Of a DNA stretch of 64,000 bases, positions 26,946 through 39,354 are shown one piece after another; position 1 is the stretch's first letter; every line of letters starts with the position of its first letter. Source of the stretch: Octopus sinensis (lineage: Eukaryota). The stretch is from contig NW_021832440.1 of NCBI RefSeq assembly GCF_006345805.1, positions 1 through 64,000 on the forward strand. Direction: 5' to 3'. The translations under genes and the position numbers were made by a program. The notes below the pieces were generated by a model. That model was not told the origin of the DNA. It did no database searches and saw nothing but the letters and a program-made list of their open reading frames with translations.

Positions 26946-28309
26946 TTAAAAATTTATACTAGGCAGTTTAAATCCAAAGTTCAAAAAAGTTTGAAAATGG
27001 ATATCCCTTAATTTGAACAGCGGAATATTATAACTTTATGTAAAAAATATGACCTTATGAAACAAAATATGACCTTACGAAAAAAATATGACATTAATGA
27101 CCTATAAAACTACATCGAAAGTAAATATAATAATAATTTAAAATGATGGAAATAAACTAACAATTCTTTTTTGATATGACTTTAATGACTTTTGGTTGCC
27201 CTACTAATAAATAATTATTTGACAGCAACAGCTTAATAATAGATCACCTTATTTTCTCGATTTTAACGTGAAATCGAAAATAACACACAGGTAAATTTTG
27301 GGGCCAAAAAAATCTGGAAAAACGCAGTAATCGAATATAGTACGGATCTTAAATTTCCCCATGAGGAAAATAAGAAAAGTCACTTTGAAGACTTTTTTGA
27401 AGGCTGCAGTATAACTTGCTCGTTTTGATGCCATGTTGCTTGTGAAATGTCTAAAACTGAACTGAGGGAGAGTGAACTGAGACGAGTAAAAGACTAGAGT
27501 GGGGACAGTGGTTGTCTCGGCTTTCCATCGCTTTACGAAATGAAGTAAAACCGAAAATTTATAATCGTACCAGCAAAAATTGTATTGGAATTAATTATAT
27601 AACAAAAGTCTGTATTCTATAATCAATAAAATACAATATTTATATACAAATTATTCTACGAGAAGTTAATTTTTAATACACTAGCTCGGCAGCTCGCTTC
27701 GCTCACCGCGACCTAGCTCCTGCGGAGGGCCTGTTTCATCAAACAACTATAAGTTTATGTAGATGTATAAAACTACCTGGTTTAATGTAACCCTATTCTA
27801 TCGCCTGTTGATAAACGATGTTTGTCGTCCGTCCTTCCTTGGCATATATGAATAAATTTTCTCTCTGCCTACCCTCGAGCATCCCACATACAGCTGTCCA
27901 TGTGAAAAGCACTCACTCTCTAAAAATAACCCAACTACCTTTAATGACTGTCCCTGGGCCTTGTTTATTGTCATTGCAACTTTTTTTTCATTTTTGTGGT
28001 TTATTTTTTTTATATTTAATTTTTTCATTTTTCCTTTGTAATTTCCTTTTTTTTCTTTTTTATTTTTTACTGGCGGAAATGGGGCAGGGGGAGATACGGC
28101 AGGCGGAAATGCGGCAGGCAAGAAAGCGACACACAAAAAAAATTTAATTAATTACCTTATTAAGCTGACCGTTTTCTTCAGCTTCGTTTTTTCCTCCTTC
28201 GGTTATCTATTTAAAAAATTATTTTTGAATAATAAAAAAGTTTAGGAAAAGAGGCATACGAAAAACTCAAGTAAATAGTTAATTTTTACGCAAATTCTCT
28301 GATTGCGCT

Positions 28310-28515
28310 GTCAATTGGTGGTAAATTGTGTTAATGGTTGTGCTATGTGGTTTCAACTATCAAAGTGTTTTTCAAAATCTGTTAATTGCACACTCTATTC
28401 AAGGTCGTGCGTCAATTGGTGGTAAATTGTGTTAATGATTGTGCTAATGTGGTTTCAACTATCAAAGTGGTTTTTCAAAATCTGTTAATTGCACACTCTA
28501 TTCAAAGTCGTGCAA
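28310..28515. repeat. ~100-bp direct duplication inside the Helitron
   Basis: gtcaattggtggtaaattgtg...cacactctattcaa occurs twice; mirrored at about 62680-62885. Confidence 0.85.
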
Positions 28516-28723
28516 TCTGTGATTGCACATCTGTCAAGTCAAATATGATAATAGCTTTAAATTTGATTCATGGTCGATAATGATATATGCATTAATTTAA
28601 AGAGAAAATCATAGGATGAATTCAATTTCTTTATCGCGAATAATGGGGAGTTCATCATTGTTAATATTCTCGCTGTCGTTTTCATCAAGGATATTCTTAA
28701 TACGTGAGATTTTTGCCTTGAAG

Positions 28724-29512
28724 GTTTTAATGGACCTCATCATGAATGTCGAGGACATTCGCGTTGTTCATTTTAATCAAAATGCAGAAAATAATTTTTT
28801 GATTTTTTGGGGGAAAGGTTTTAAGGACTTCATCATGTAAGTCGAGGACATTGTAGTTGTTCATTTTAACCAAAATGCAGAAAATTTTTTTTAATTTTTT
28901 TTGGGGGGGAAGGTTTTAAGGACTTCATCATGTAAGTTGAGGACATTGTAGTTGTTCATTTTAACCAAAATGCAGAAAATTTTTTTTTAATTTTTTTGGG
29001 GGGAAGGTTTTAAGGACTTCATCATGTAAGTCGAGGACATTGTAGTTGTTCATTTTAACCAAAATGCAGAAAATTTTTTTTAATTTTTTTGGGGGGAAGG
29101 TTTTAAGGACTTCATCATGTAAGGAGGACATTGTAGTTGTTCATTTTAACCAAAATGCAGAAAATTTTTTTTTAATTTTTTTGGGGGGGAAGGTTTTAAG
29201 GACTTCATCATGTAAGTCGAGGACATTGTAGTTGTTCATTTTAACCAAAATGCAGAAAATTTTTTTTAATTTTTTTGGGGGGGAAGGTTTTAAGGACTTC
29301 ATCATGTAAGTCGAGGACATTGTAGTTGTTCATTTTAACCAAAATGCAGAAATTTTTTTTTAATTTTTTTGGGGGGGAAGGTTTTAAGGACCTCATCATG
29401 TAAGTCGAGGACATCGTAGTTGTTCATTTTGACCAAAACGCAGAAAAATTTTTTTTAATTTTTTTGGGGGGAAGGTTTTAAGGACCTCATCATGTAAGTC
29501 GAGGACATCGTA
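28724..29512. repeat. Tandem array of ~94-bp units, about 8.4 copies
   Basis: Units gttttaaggacttcatcatgtaagtcgaggac... start at 28818, 28913, 29007, 29100, 29193, 29287, 29381 and 29475, plus a diverged first unit. Confidence 0.97.
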
Positions 29513-29639
29513 TTGCCAATTGAAGTTGGTGTGCACACACAGACAGCAGACAGACAGACACACAGACAGACACACAGACAGACAGACAGACAGACACACA
29601 CCATACCATTTTATTATTAAGATATACAGTTTTTCAGCT

Positions 29640-29955
29640 CGCTTGGGACGTCACCTGTGCCGACTCTTTCGCCAAGGGAGCCTTGAATGCCACGGCTTGT
29701 CAATCCCGTTCGTCGGCCGAGAAGGCCGAATTCGCGAAACTAACGAAATATGAGGATTTTGCTTTTGGGCAACTGCCGTCGAGACTTCCTGTGTTTTTGG
29801 GGCCAAGACGCTTGCTCATCTTAAGAAACTTGGCCGCCTGTCCACCTACCGCTCCAGAGATCCCAGGGAATTTATATTCCTTATTCAGAGGATCTCGTTG
29901 GCTGTTTTACGCGGGAATTGTCTTTCAATCCTGCGAGCCAGTACATAATAGCTAG
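29640..29955 (+). mobile_element. CRE 3' fragment
   Basis: WDVTCADSF...AEKAEFAKLTKY...QRISLAVLRGN motifs. Confidence 0.7.
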
Positions 29956-30183
29956 ATTTTTTTAACAATTTCCATTGGTTTAATTTCCCGTTTACCATCT
30001 ATTGCTTGCCAATTCTATAACTCGCCACTTTTTTGGGAAAAATGCCATTTTTAATAAGAAAATTCCATAGCTCGCCAAATTCTCTTACTCGCCACGTTTT
30101 AGAATTAAAAAAATTTTTTTGTTTATTGTACCAAATGAAAACAAATTAAGTTAGGAATGGGCAGAGGGGGAACTCCGGGGGGG

Positions 30184-30810
30184 CTATAGCACGCACCCTC
30201 CTGCGGAAAGTACCGCATGCGTTTTGCCAAGGAAAATGGCGATGGATATCCGCTGCAATAGCCACGAAACCTCCTGTGGCTCTTTCATCCTGTGGGCCAA
30301 TTTCCTCCCGATGTCGCTGATGAAGGCCGAGGTTAGAAACCCGGCAACGCCCGATGTCTCGAAAGCGATTGGTAAGAATATAAAACGGCGTCCAAGTTCT
30401 TGGTATTTTTTAATTTTGGCCGTCTCAGCCTTTTCCGCAGCGGACCCGGGGGAAGTGGCAGATGACATGATTGCCGATAAAGAGAAAGAATCGATGCACG
30501 TAGACGAGGCACTTGCCGTCCCGAAAAGGAAAGATTGTCATTCCGTCTGTGCGTTTGCCGTCACCACGGTCCAATCAGACAGGCTCAAGTTGTGACGGAA
30601 AGCCTGCAGACTTGAGGGCTCTAAGCACGACGTCATTTAGCGAGGCGTGGCGGGGACTTCGACCGGCACTCCTGCGACACGAAAGAGGGTGGAGCTTTTT
30701 AGTGTCGACTTTAGATCCACATCGGCATTGGTGGATGCTGCATATGTCGAGACCAAGCCGAAGGGAGATCCCTATCCTCTGGCAGTCGTCATCCAAAAAG
30801 GTTCCGGTTG
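30184..30810 (-). mobile_element. CRE 3' fragment
   Basis: HQCRCG, HPLSC, RH and AFETSG motifs. Confidence 0.8.
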
Positions 30811-30980
30811 AAGATTAAAAAAATTAAAATTTATTATTAAAAAAATAATTTTTTAAATATTTATACCGCGTATCTTTTTGTGTAACATGAGGAAGTGTTC
30901 TGTGATCAAAAAAGAGAAATTCTAAATTATCTTATTGATAGCTCTTCTTGAGTTTTACAAGACCATTACATCAAAAAGTG

Positions 30981-31434
30981 GGTAATCTCCAAGTTTCGAC
31001 CAAGTAAAAACCACAAGAGAATAAATTATTTAAAATTTTATTAAAATAATTCCTTGTTAGAAATAAATAATTAATATTAATAAATTAAAGAAAACACACA
31101 TCGTCAATAAACTAACAAATAAACCAACCACCTACCCTTTCAACCGTTGTTTCTCGCCAAACTTCTCATATAATTAAAAAAAATACCTCAAAAACGTAGA
31201 ATGCAATGGCCAACATTGACTAATTTTAAATGGGATTGTCTATTGTTGATGCGGCTGCAATTTCTGCTCCTAATAGTTTACAAATACGATTTTTTGGCTT
31301 AATTTTTATTTTTAAAAAATATGAAAATCCAGACAATCCTATAAAATCAAACTAAATTAATAATAATGAAAAAATAATTAAAATCTATTGCTTATACGTC
31401 GAGATTTATACTTGGTCGAAACTTGGAGATTGCC
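30981..31434. mobile_element. MITE, probably Merlin superfamily
   Basis: ~25-bp TIR GG(T/C)AATCTCCAAGTTTCGACCAAGT with 8-bp TSD AAAAAGTG; inserted into a pogo remnant (about 30930-31700). Confidence 0.8.
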
Positions 31435-31989
31435 AAAAAGTGTCTGCAGGAAACACCGAACAGGACAAAAATTACTTAAAGATAGGTTTAACATTTTTTA
31501 GCCAATTTTCAGATTTTCATTAATGTTTTGCGCAAATAAGACTGGATCTGATAAAAGAACCCCATGGATGATCGGAAAGTTTAAGAAACCAAGGTGTTTC
31601 AAAAACTTGAACTTTGATGAGTATTTACAATACTAAAATTCTTTTGGTTGTAGACCATTGTCCTCATAAAATAACAATCGAATTAAACAAAAATAAAATT
31701 TTGCCCCGCGATGACAAAAAACATGTCGACCCCTCGGCTAGAATATAATTGATGATTGGTAATTATTTAATCATTAGTTCCACCTTTAAAGCGAAAAAAG
31801 GAGCAATTCTAAGTAAGACACAAAAAATGCAGAGAACTGCAAAATTCATATAGAACTCAACATCGAGAGCACCCATATTACCCAAAACATCGTGGCCAGT
31901 GGGAAACATACATCTCTGAGGATTAGCACACTGTAGTTTCCCCCGATCGAATCCTTACAATGTCTGAATTCTTCCCCAAAACGCATATC

Positions 31990-32662
31990 TATATCTTTCC
32001 AAGTTCAATATGGGAATTTCCAAATTCAATATGGGATTTCCAAGTTCAAAGTGGGATTTTCCAAATTCAATATGGGATTTTCAAGTTCAAGGATTTTCAA
32101 GTCGGTTATTGAATTCATTTATTAATTTAAAATCGCCTTACATTACAAAATGTACGTTAATAAAAAGAAAGAATTAGCTGAAAAAAGAAAAAATTTGTTG
32201 ACCGTTTACGAAAATGATGGGGATTGGAATCAAGTTGCATGTTCTCTCGGAATAAAAAGAACAACTGCATACAGGTGGATAAAAGAAGGCTTTAAGGATG
32301 ATTTAAGAGGTGGTTTTCGATATTCAAAAATTTCAAATACCGTACGAGATTATATGCAAGAAATGGTCGAGTCAAATCCGAAAATTACTTGCAAACAATT
32401 GGCTGCAGAGATCCAAGATAAGTACGGAATAAAAGTTGTAAAAAGAAAAATGGCTGAAAATCTTGGGAATATCTTAGATGGAAATGAACCTGACTTGTCA
32501 AAAACAGAATTTCGGAAACAGAGATTGGAGGATTTAATTAAACAATCTATGGACGAAGTTACTCCAAAGATTTGTGCTAAGTTAATAGCCAGAATCCAAG
32601 GACTATTGCCTTCATTATTAAATTACAAGGACGTAACATTTAAATTTTTTCGTTTGATATAA
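31990..32662 (+). mobile_element. Internally deleted Tc1/IS630-like element
   Basis: Subterminal ~21-bp repeats (ttccaagttcaatatggga). HTH-like ORF (LGIKRTTAYRW...NPKIT) lacking the DDE core. Confidence 0.65.
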
Positions 32663-34928
32663 ATGAGTCATGATTTTTTTCAAATATTTTAAAAAACCCA
32701 CATAAACATACTTCCATAGAACAGCCAGTTCCAATCAACAGATCCAACGACTGCGAGATCAATCCAGTTAGAACACAAATAGTAAGATATAATATAAATC
32801 GAAATCCGTCACTCGACTGTGCAGTCATCCAATATATAATCGTCCCGTACATCAGTGGTTCTCAACGGTGGGCGATTCGCCCCCTAGGGGCGATTTTTTT
32901 TGGTAGGGGGGCGATTTTTTCTGCCAGGGGAGCGATGGCTGATTGCTAATATTTGAAAAATTAAAATTTTATGTTAGAAGTCGATAATCTTTGAAAAAAT
33001 AAAGATATATAATCGAGTCTAATAATATTTATTAATAATATGATATTTTTATTATATTTTATTTAAATTTTTAAGCGTGATTTCTAGTTATTTTTATGGG
33101 TCGTGTTCAAAAAAAAGTCAGAATGTATAAAGATGAATATATTTCTCTTGGATTTATTAAAGATCCTCAAGATCCTAATAAACCACTTTGTCTTCAATGT
33201 GGTACAATTTTTTTGAATGAGGCAATGAAACCGTCTCGTTTGATTGAACATTTAAAGCGAAAACATCATAATTCAATTGGAAAAAAGCCAGACTTTTTTC
33301 TAAAATTAAAAAAGAATTTTGAAAATAAAAACACCTCACCGTCAATCTTTAATAAAAATATATCTCAAAATGTCTCTGGATTATCTTATTCATATAAAGT
33401 TGCAGAGATAATCGCAAAAACTGGTTGCATTATTATTTTAATTTATAGGTAATGCCCATTCGATTGCAGAAAATGTCATCCGTCCTTGTTTAAATTTATT
33501 TATAAACGATATCTTACAAAAAGATTTTTCAAATATTATGAAGACTATTCCATTAAGCAACGACACTATACGAAGAAGAATTGATGAAATTTCTAATGAA
33601 ATTGAACAATATTTAATTTTATTTCTCAGAGAACGCAAGTTTTCAGTCCAACTTGACGAATCAGTTGTCGTTGATAATCAGTCAATTTTGATGGCATATG
33701 TAAGGTATTACTTTTTATAAATACTTTTTATAAAGATATTTCGATGATGATTCTATTTTGCAAGAAGAGTTATTATTTGCAAAATCTTTAGTCACGGATA
33801 CTACAGGATTGTCAATATTCAAAATGATATTCCATTTGAACATATTTTATCGTGCGCAACTGATGGCGCAATGGCTATGGTTGGAAAATATCGTGGTTTT
33901 TTTAGCTTTTCTGAAACAAAAATCTCCAATGTCCACTTCAATTCATTGTATTTTACATCGGCATCATTTAATTGCAAAAAAATTATCTGAAAAATTGAAA
34001 TTTTTATCAAAGTTATCAATAAAATTAAAAGAAACAGCAAGTATGATCGTATTTTTCGTGAATACTGCACTAATCAAAATTAAGATTATGTTAGGTTACT
34101 TTTACATACCGAAGTAAGATGGTTATCCAAGGGAAATTGTCTTGAAAGATTTGTGATATTATTTGATGCAATTGTTGATTTTTTAAGATTACAAGAAGAA
34201 TTTAAATTGTTTAATTCCTGCAAAATTCATAGAAAAAATATTTTTTATTTAAATTGGATTTTTAAAAAATTAAATGAAGTTTCATTGGCTTTACAAGGAG
34301 ATTATGTTAATTTAATTGATTGCAAACGAATTAGAAATACATTCGTTGAAAAAATTCAATTTTACAAATTTAATTTAAGTAATATGTCACATGCCTCAGG
34401 GATTACTATGCCCCACTCGTTACCTCCGAATTATTTCTGAGAAATAATTGATTAATGATTTTTCAATTTTTTAGAAAAATTAATAATCAATCACAACGAC
34501 ATAAAATTCAACCTATATATTAGGTTAATTAGAGTACAATTTAATGATATACTAAAAGATGCTTTAAAACAAATAAATTAAAATAATATTTTTATACAAC
34601 AAACCATTTTGACTGATAAGCACATTAAAACATATTTTAAAAATGTGAATTGTGTGAAACGCTTTAAAGGCACATAATTTGATAGTTTTATAATTAACTC
34701 TAACCAGTTTTTAGTTTTATTTAAAACATTTTTTGAAATGTAAAAAGATAAAGGTTTAAAATCATCTGTAGATCTCTTATAAAAAACTCAAACTTTATCC
34801 AGTTTTTTAGTTTAAAATCATATATAGATCTGAAGTTTAAAACGAAAAATTAAATTTGTCCTTTTTTGATTCATTTCATGTAAACAATCTTTGTATCTCC
34901 ATTCGAAAATTCTACTTTAAATTTTTTC

Positions 34929-35023
34929 AAACCCTAAACCCAACCAATTCCCTAACCTTCACCCTAACCTTCACCCAAACCCTAACCTTCACCCAAACCC
35001 TAACCTTCACCCTAACCCTAACC
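34929..35023. repeat. Degenerate telomere-like (CCCTAA/CCTTCA/CCCAAA)n tract
   Basis: ccctaaccttcaccctaaccttcacccaaaccctaacc...; continues at 36031-36057 after the nested hAT. Confidence 0.85.
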
Positions 35024-36030
35024 CAGGTGTTCTCAACCGGGGGCGAATCGCCCCCCTAGGGGCGAAAATTTTGTACAAGGGGGCGATAATTTTGTACAGG
35101 GGGGCGATAATATATTTAATAAAAAATAAAATTTATATTTATTAAAAATTGTTTAATTAGAATATTTTTAATGGCAAGCCTAATAATTTAGACTCAAAAT
35201 TTAATGAAATTACTATTCTTCTTCAAGGAAATTTTGTCAACATGATTGATTGCAAAAGAATAATGAAAACATTTGAAAAAAATTATTGCTTTATCGACAT
35301 AATTTTTCTAAAATCAGTTTGGAAACATTTCACAACTATCTGAGATAAGTAAATATTTTAGTCAAAACAATATTATGACATATTGTCAACATTTGACGGA
35401 ACTAGAAGCGGATATATCTCTTAGATTCAAAGATTTGTTTGATTTGGAATTTGAAGCATGGATGATTGATCCGTTTTCATGTGTGCCAGAAGATATGAAC
35501 GAAACAATCCAAGAAGAGATAATTGAATTTAAATATAATGAAGAATATATTCACAGATTTCAACAGGATGGTATCTCTAAATTTTGGCAATCAAAAGATC
35601 TACAAATGAAATTTCCAAATTTATGGAAGGAAATGAGTAATGTACTATTGACATTCCCTACCACTTATTTGGTTGAAAGTGGATTTAGTTTTGTCAATCA
35701 TAATACACAATGTGAAAAAAATAGACTGGAAGTGTGTTATAGAGGCGATATACGCCTAAAGTTGAGCAGAATTAAACCCGACATAGAATATTTAGCGAGT
35801 AAACATCAATATCAAGGGTCTCACTAATAATTTTTAATAAAAATTCAATTTTTTACATTTGATTTATAATTTTATATTTTGATTTTTGAGTTATGTACAA
35901 AAAACAACCAATTAAGGGACAATGCCAAAAAATTTTTAAATTGTAGGTGGACAAGGGGGCGATAAAATTTCAAAGGGGGGCGACAAAATATCTAAGGGGG
36001 CGATGAACAAAAAAAGGTTGAGAATGCCTG
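35024..36030 (+). mobile_element. Nested non-autonomous Buster-type hAT
   Basis: TIR CAGG(TG/CA)TTCTCAACC with TSD CCCTAACC; ORF FPTTYLVESGFS...HQYQGSH. Confidence 0.92.
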
Positions 36031-38199
36031 CCCTAACCTATACCCTAACCATAACCATGAGATAAAACAACATGCTTAATTTATTGTTTTTTAATGATAA
36101 TGGTTAAGCATTGAAAAAATAAAAATCCATAATATTATTAATTTTTAAATTAATAAGTAAATATATTTCAATCATTTAAATATTTTAAATTGAAATTTTA
36201 AAAATTTAGAGCAATGGTAACGAGCGGGGCATGGTAACGAACAGGGCATGTGACATAATAGAAAATTTGGAAAATTCGATTTTTATGACCACACTTTTGA
36301 TGACAACGATCTGAAAATTTATGAATTTCATTTAGAATCTTTGGAACAAGATTTGAAAAAAAGATTTGAAGATTTAATTAATTTAAACTTTTCTGATTGG
36401 ATGATTAATCCTTGGTTGCCCATTCACTATGATTCTGATGATGAATGTCAAGAAGAATTAATAGAACTAAAAAACGACGAAGAACTGAAAATAAAATTTA
36501 AAAATGAAAACCTGACACAATTCTGGGGAGAAAAATCTATAAAAATGAAATTCCCGAAATTATGGGAAAAAATGATGCCAATAATATTATGTTTTCCTAC
36601 GTCATACTGCGTAGAGAGAGGATTCAGCACTCTGAATAGTATGATCGGAAAAAAAGAAACAAACTAAATATAGAAGAAAGAGGCGACATTAGAATTACAC
36701 TTACGAAAAGAAATACAAATTTTGAAAAACTTGTCAATCTTCATCAACCACAAGGATCTCATTAAAACTCTTATTTTTTAAATAAAAATTTTTACTAATG
36801 AAATAAGGGGGCGATATAAAAATTGGAGGGGCGAAAAAAATTCCAAGGGGCGATACAAAAATAAAGGTTGAGAACCACTGCCGTACATCACAGGAAGAAT
36901 GATCTAAATATACCACCACATTCCACCTGTAGAGGAATATCTGCAAATGTCTTGGCCATATAATAAGAGAATAGTCGATACCACGAATTCAACTGTTCTC
37001 TCAATAATACTTTTCTTTCAGCGTGGGACTATTATAATAATTAAGATTGTTACAAGATAAAACAGTCGGCATTAGGGAGAGATACATTATAAACATGATT
37101 GAAATGAACTGTAAGGAAGAATTCATCAAAGTTGGTCGGTTTTCGACTGAACTACACGCCTTCAATTTGGCGTAAATACAATCAAGCGTATAACCAAAAA
37201 TGCACCATACACATCATTAAGCACGGGAGAGAAAGTATCATGCTGTGGGGCTGTTTTTAAAATTTGCAATTTGATTTTATAGCAATTATTTAACCTAAAC
37301 AGAATAAGATTTCCGATATTTTTTGACGGACAAATATGTAGGGCTATTTCTTAATGTCTTGTTTTCATTGGAATTGATGTTATGTGGAACAATCATTATA
37401 ACACTAGAAAAATGTAGAAACAACATTTATTCTATACAATGTAGGTTTTCGATATAAGAAGATAGAGGAAAAATAACCAATTTTGCCGTATTTGTATTTT
37501 TAATGAGGGAAACTAGTTTTTTCAGTATCGGTTAGAATATATGAACAATTTGGTCTAATGAGGTGTTAAAAGTGTTAAATCGTTAGTTACAAGTATTTGT
37601 AAGTCGTTGACAGCGAAAAATATTTTCAATTATGTTTGCAATGAGAATTGGAAAAAAAGCTCACAGTAGTTGTAAACCTGACTTTTTAGTTTTATGCTGG
37701 ACTCATATTCAATAAATGTTTATGCTAGCTACAGACGAGCTGGGGGGGGGAGTTTTACCCTGTTTGAACGTCTTTTCTCGTCAAAGTCTGAACTAGTGTT
37801 CGGCAATATTATTAGAAGAGTTACTTACCAAATCCAGATCCAGAAAACAGCGACAAATAACATAATTTAAAACTTTTCCAGCAAATACGGATGCATAATG
37901 ATGCCAAATATGACTAACATGAATAAAACTCAGATTCCAGCTCTACTATTAGCCATCGTCTTTGACTATCTAAAAAACAATTGAAAATCCAATGTCTTTT
38001 CGAAGCTATTAACATTTCGCACGTGGTAATGAGTAATATTTGTCATTTCATACTATTTAGTCCAAAAGGCCACATTAATCGGATATTTGTTGTATTAAAC
38101 TTAATTATAAATAATATGAAAAATATTTACAAATAAAATAAATATATATAAAATAAATATTATAGACACGTTTGAAAATGTTAATTTCAGACCATGAGT

Positions 38200-39335
38200 T
38201 GACGACTCTCCTAATTGGCATAAGTTAAGTTAGTTAATGCACGTTCGCGTTGCCAGTAAACAAAGTTTATGGTTTCGCTTGTGCCATGTTTTTAACTATT
38301 CTTCTTGTTAGCCCCTTCCATTCCTTCCGTCGTCTTGCCCTCTTTCCGATTTCGTCCAGATCGTCTGCATCCTTCAATCGGCCTCCGATCATAGCATATT
38401 CCTTCGTATTATTCCCGGAATACAGTCTCCTGGACGTCCGTCCTCAATATGTCAGAAGTATAAACGAACTTTTCACGTCCTGGGAATCGACATTAGCAAA
38501 GCTTTTGATAACATCAACAGGAGTAAACTACTTATCGTGTTAAAGAACATTGTAGATAAAGACAGTCTACGCATGATACATATGCTATTATCGGAAACTC
38601 AACTTTTTGTCAGAATTGGTCCTAAGGAGTCTAGACTATTTCCTACAAATATTGGAACCCCACAAGGGGACACACTATCGCCTATATTATTTATCGTCTA
38701 TCTGGAGGCAGCTCTGAGAGACCTAAGAGTAGAAATTGAATGTATGGACAACCAAGTTGTGGAACTCATATACGCGGATGATCTTGATTTTATTACGGAG
38801 GATCGGAAATTAATAGAAATTATTATGTAGAAAGCAAGAACAATTTTCGATAAATAATCACTCAATGTCAATGAAGAGAAAACCAAAATAACAACCGTCG
38901 AACGTATGCCAACTCGCATAAATGAGAAGTGGCGAAACGTCCGAAAACTCGGATCTCTTCTTGGCGATTCCAAAGATATTACCAAACGAAAAATACTATC
39001 AATAATTGCACTTAAAAACTTCAATCTATCTGGATGAAAAAAAATCAAATTTCGACTAAGATGCGCCTACGATTATATGATTCATTTGTCTGACCTGTCC
39101 TCATGTACAACTCAGGTACTTGGGGTAACATGGAGCAACTTGACTCTTTCCACAGAGGTCAATTGAGAAAACTCCTCGGCTATTCGTGGCCGAAGAAAAT
39201 ATCAAATGATAAATTATACAGGTTAACTAACTGTGGGCCTAAATTTACTTGAAACCCGCTGGCGCCTGTTTGGAAATATTTTACCAATGAAGAAAGAAAC
39301 ACCTTGCAATATGACCATGGAAGAATTTTTCGGCC
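38200..39335 (+). mobile_element. RTE-like LINE fragments (part inverted)
   Basis: GTPQGDTLSPILF and YADD on +; an upstream piece lies on the minus strand (IKSFANVDSQ..RPISLL-like). Confidence 0.75.
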
Positions 39336-39354
39336 ATACTGAATACTCTAAAAT

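Larger units (their letters stand above)
20670..27203 (-). mobile_element. Decayed hAT-like (TDAAPYM/DUF659-type) DNA transposon interrupted by CRE elements
   Basis: FLVIDET (near 23770), LLLTDAAPYM...HLTCFAH (21142-21327) and SVERSFS (near 20730). Subterminal ATGACC repeats at 27050-27190. Boundaries uncertain. Confidence 0.6.
27681..29622 (-). mobile_element. Non-autonomous Helitron
   Basis: Starts a|TCTTAATAATAAAATGG followed by a (GTCT)n microsatellite, ends CTAG|t after a GC-rich stretch, and retains the PIF1 helicase tail AMTINKAQGQSLKVVG..FSHGQLYVGCSRV. Confidence 0.88.
34385..36255. mobile_element. Non-autonomous TGTCAC-ended (Ginger-like) element
   Basis: ~40-bp imperfect TIR TGTCACATGCC...CTCGTTACC with 5-bp TSD TAATA. 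Confidence 0.8.
32853..36880 (+). mobile_element. hAT (Buster/Charlie-type) transposon
   Basis: TIR CAGTGGTTCTCAAC and 8-bp TSD CCGTACAT (central TA). Transposase from 33096: BED-like CLQC..HLKRKH, QLDES, IHCILH, RWLS, FPTSYCVERGFS. Confidence 0.93.
32710..37110 (-). pseudogene. ABCG1/ABCG4/white-like transporter membrane-domain fragment split by a hAT
   Basis: ERKVLLREQLNSWYRLFSYYMAKTFADIPLQ, a 23-nt intron, IILPV, then MYGTIIYWMTAQSSD..LISQSLDLLIG on the far side of the insertion. Confidence 0.82.

Noticed and set aside
28724-29512. CRISPR-like appearance of the 94-bp arrays (also 61680-62470) and the 168-bp array
   Set aside because: Units repeat end to end with no unique spacers; there are no cas genes; the context is eukaryotic TE.
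29396-29753. ORFs MCLSVCLSV... and TDRHTDRQ..., plus LTFTQT at 34856
   Set aside because: They are translations of microsatellite or telomere-like repeats.
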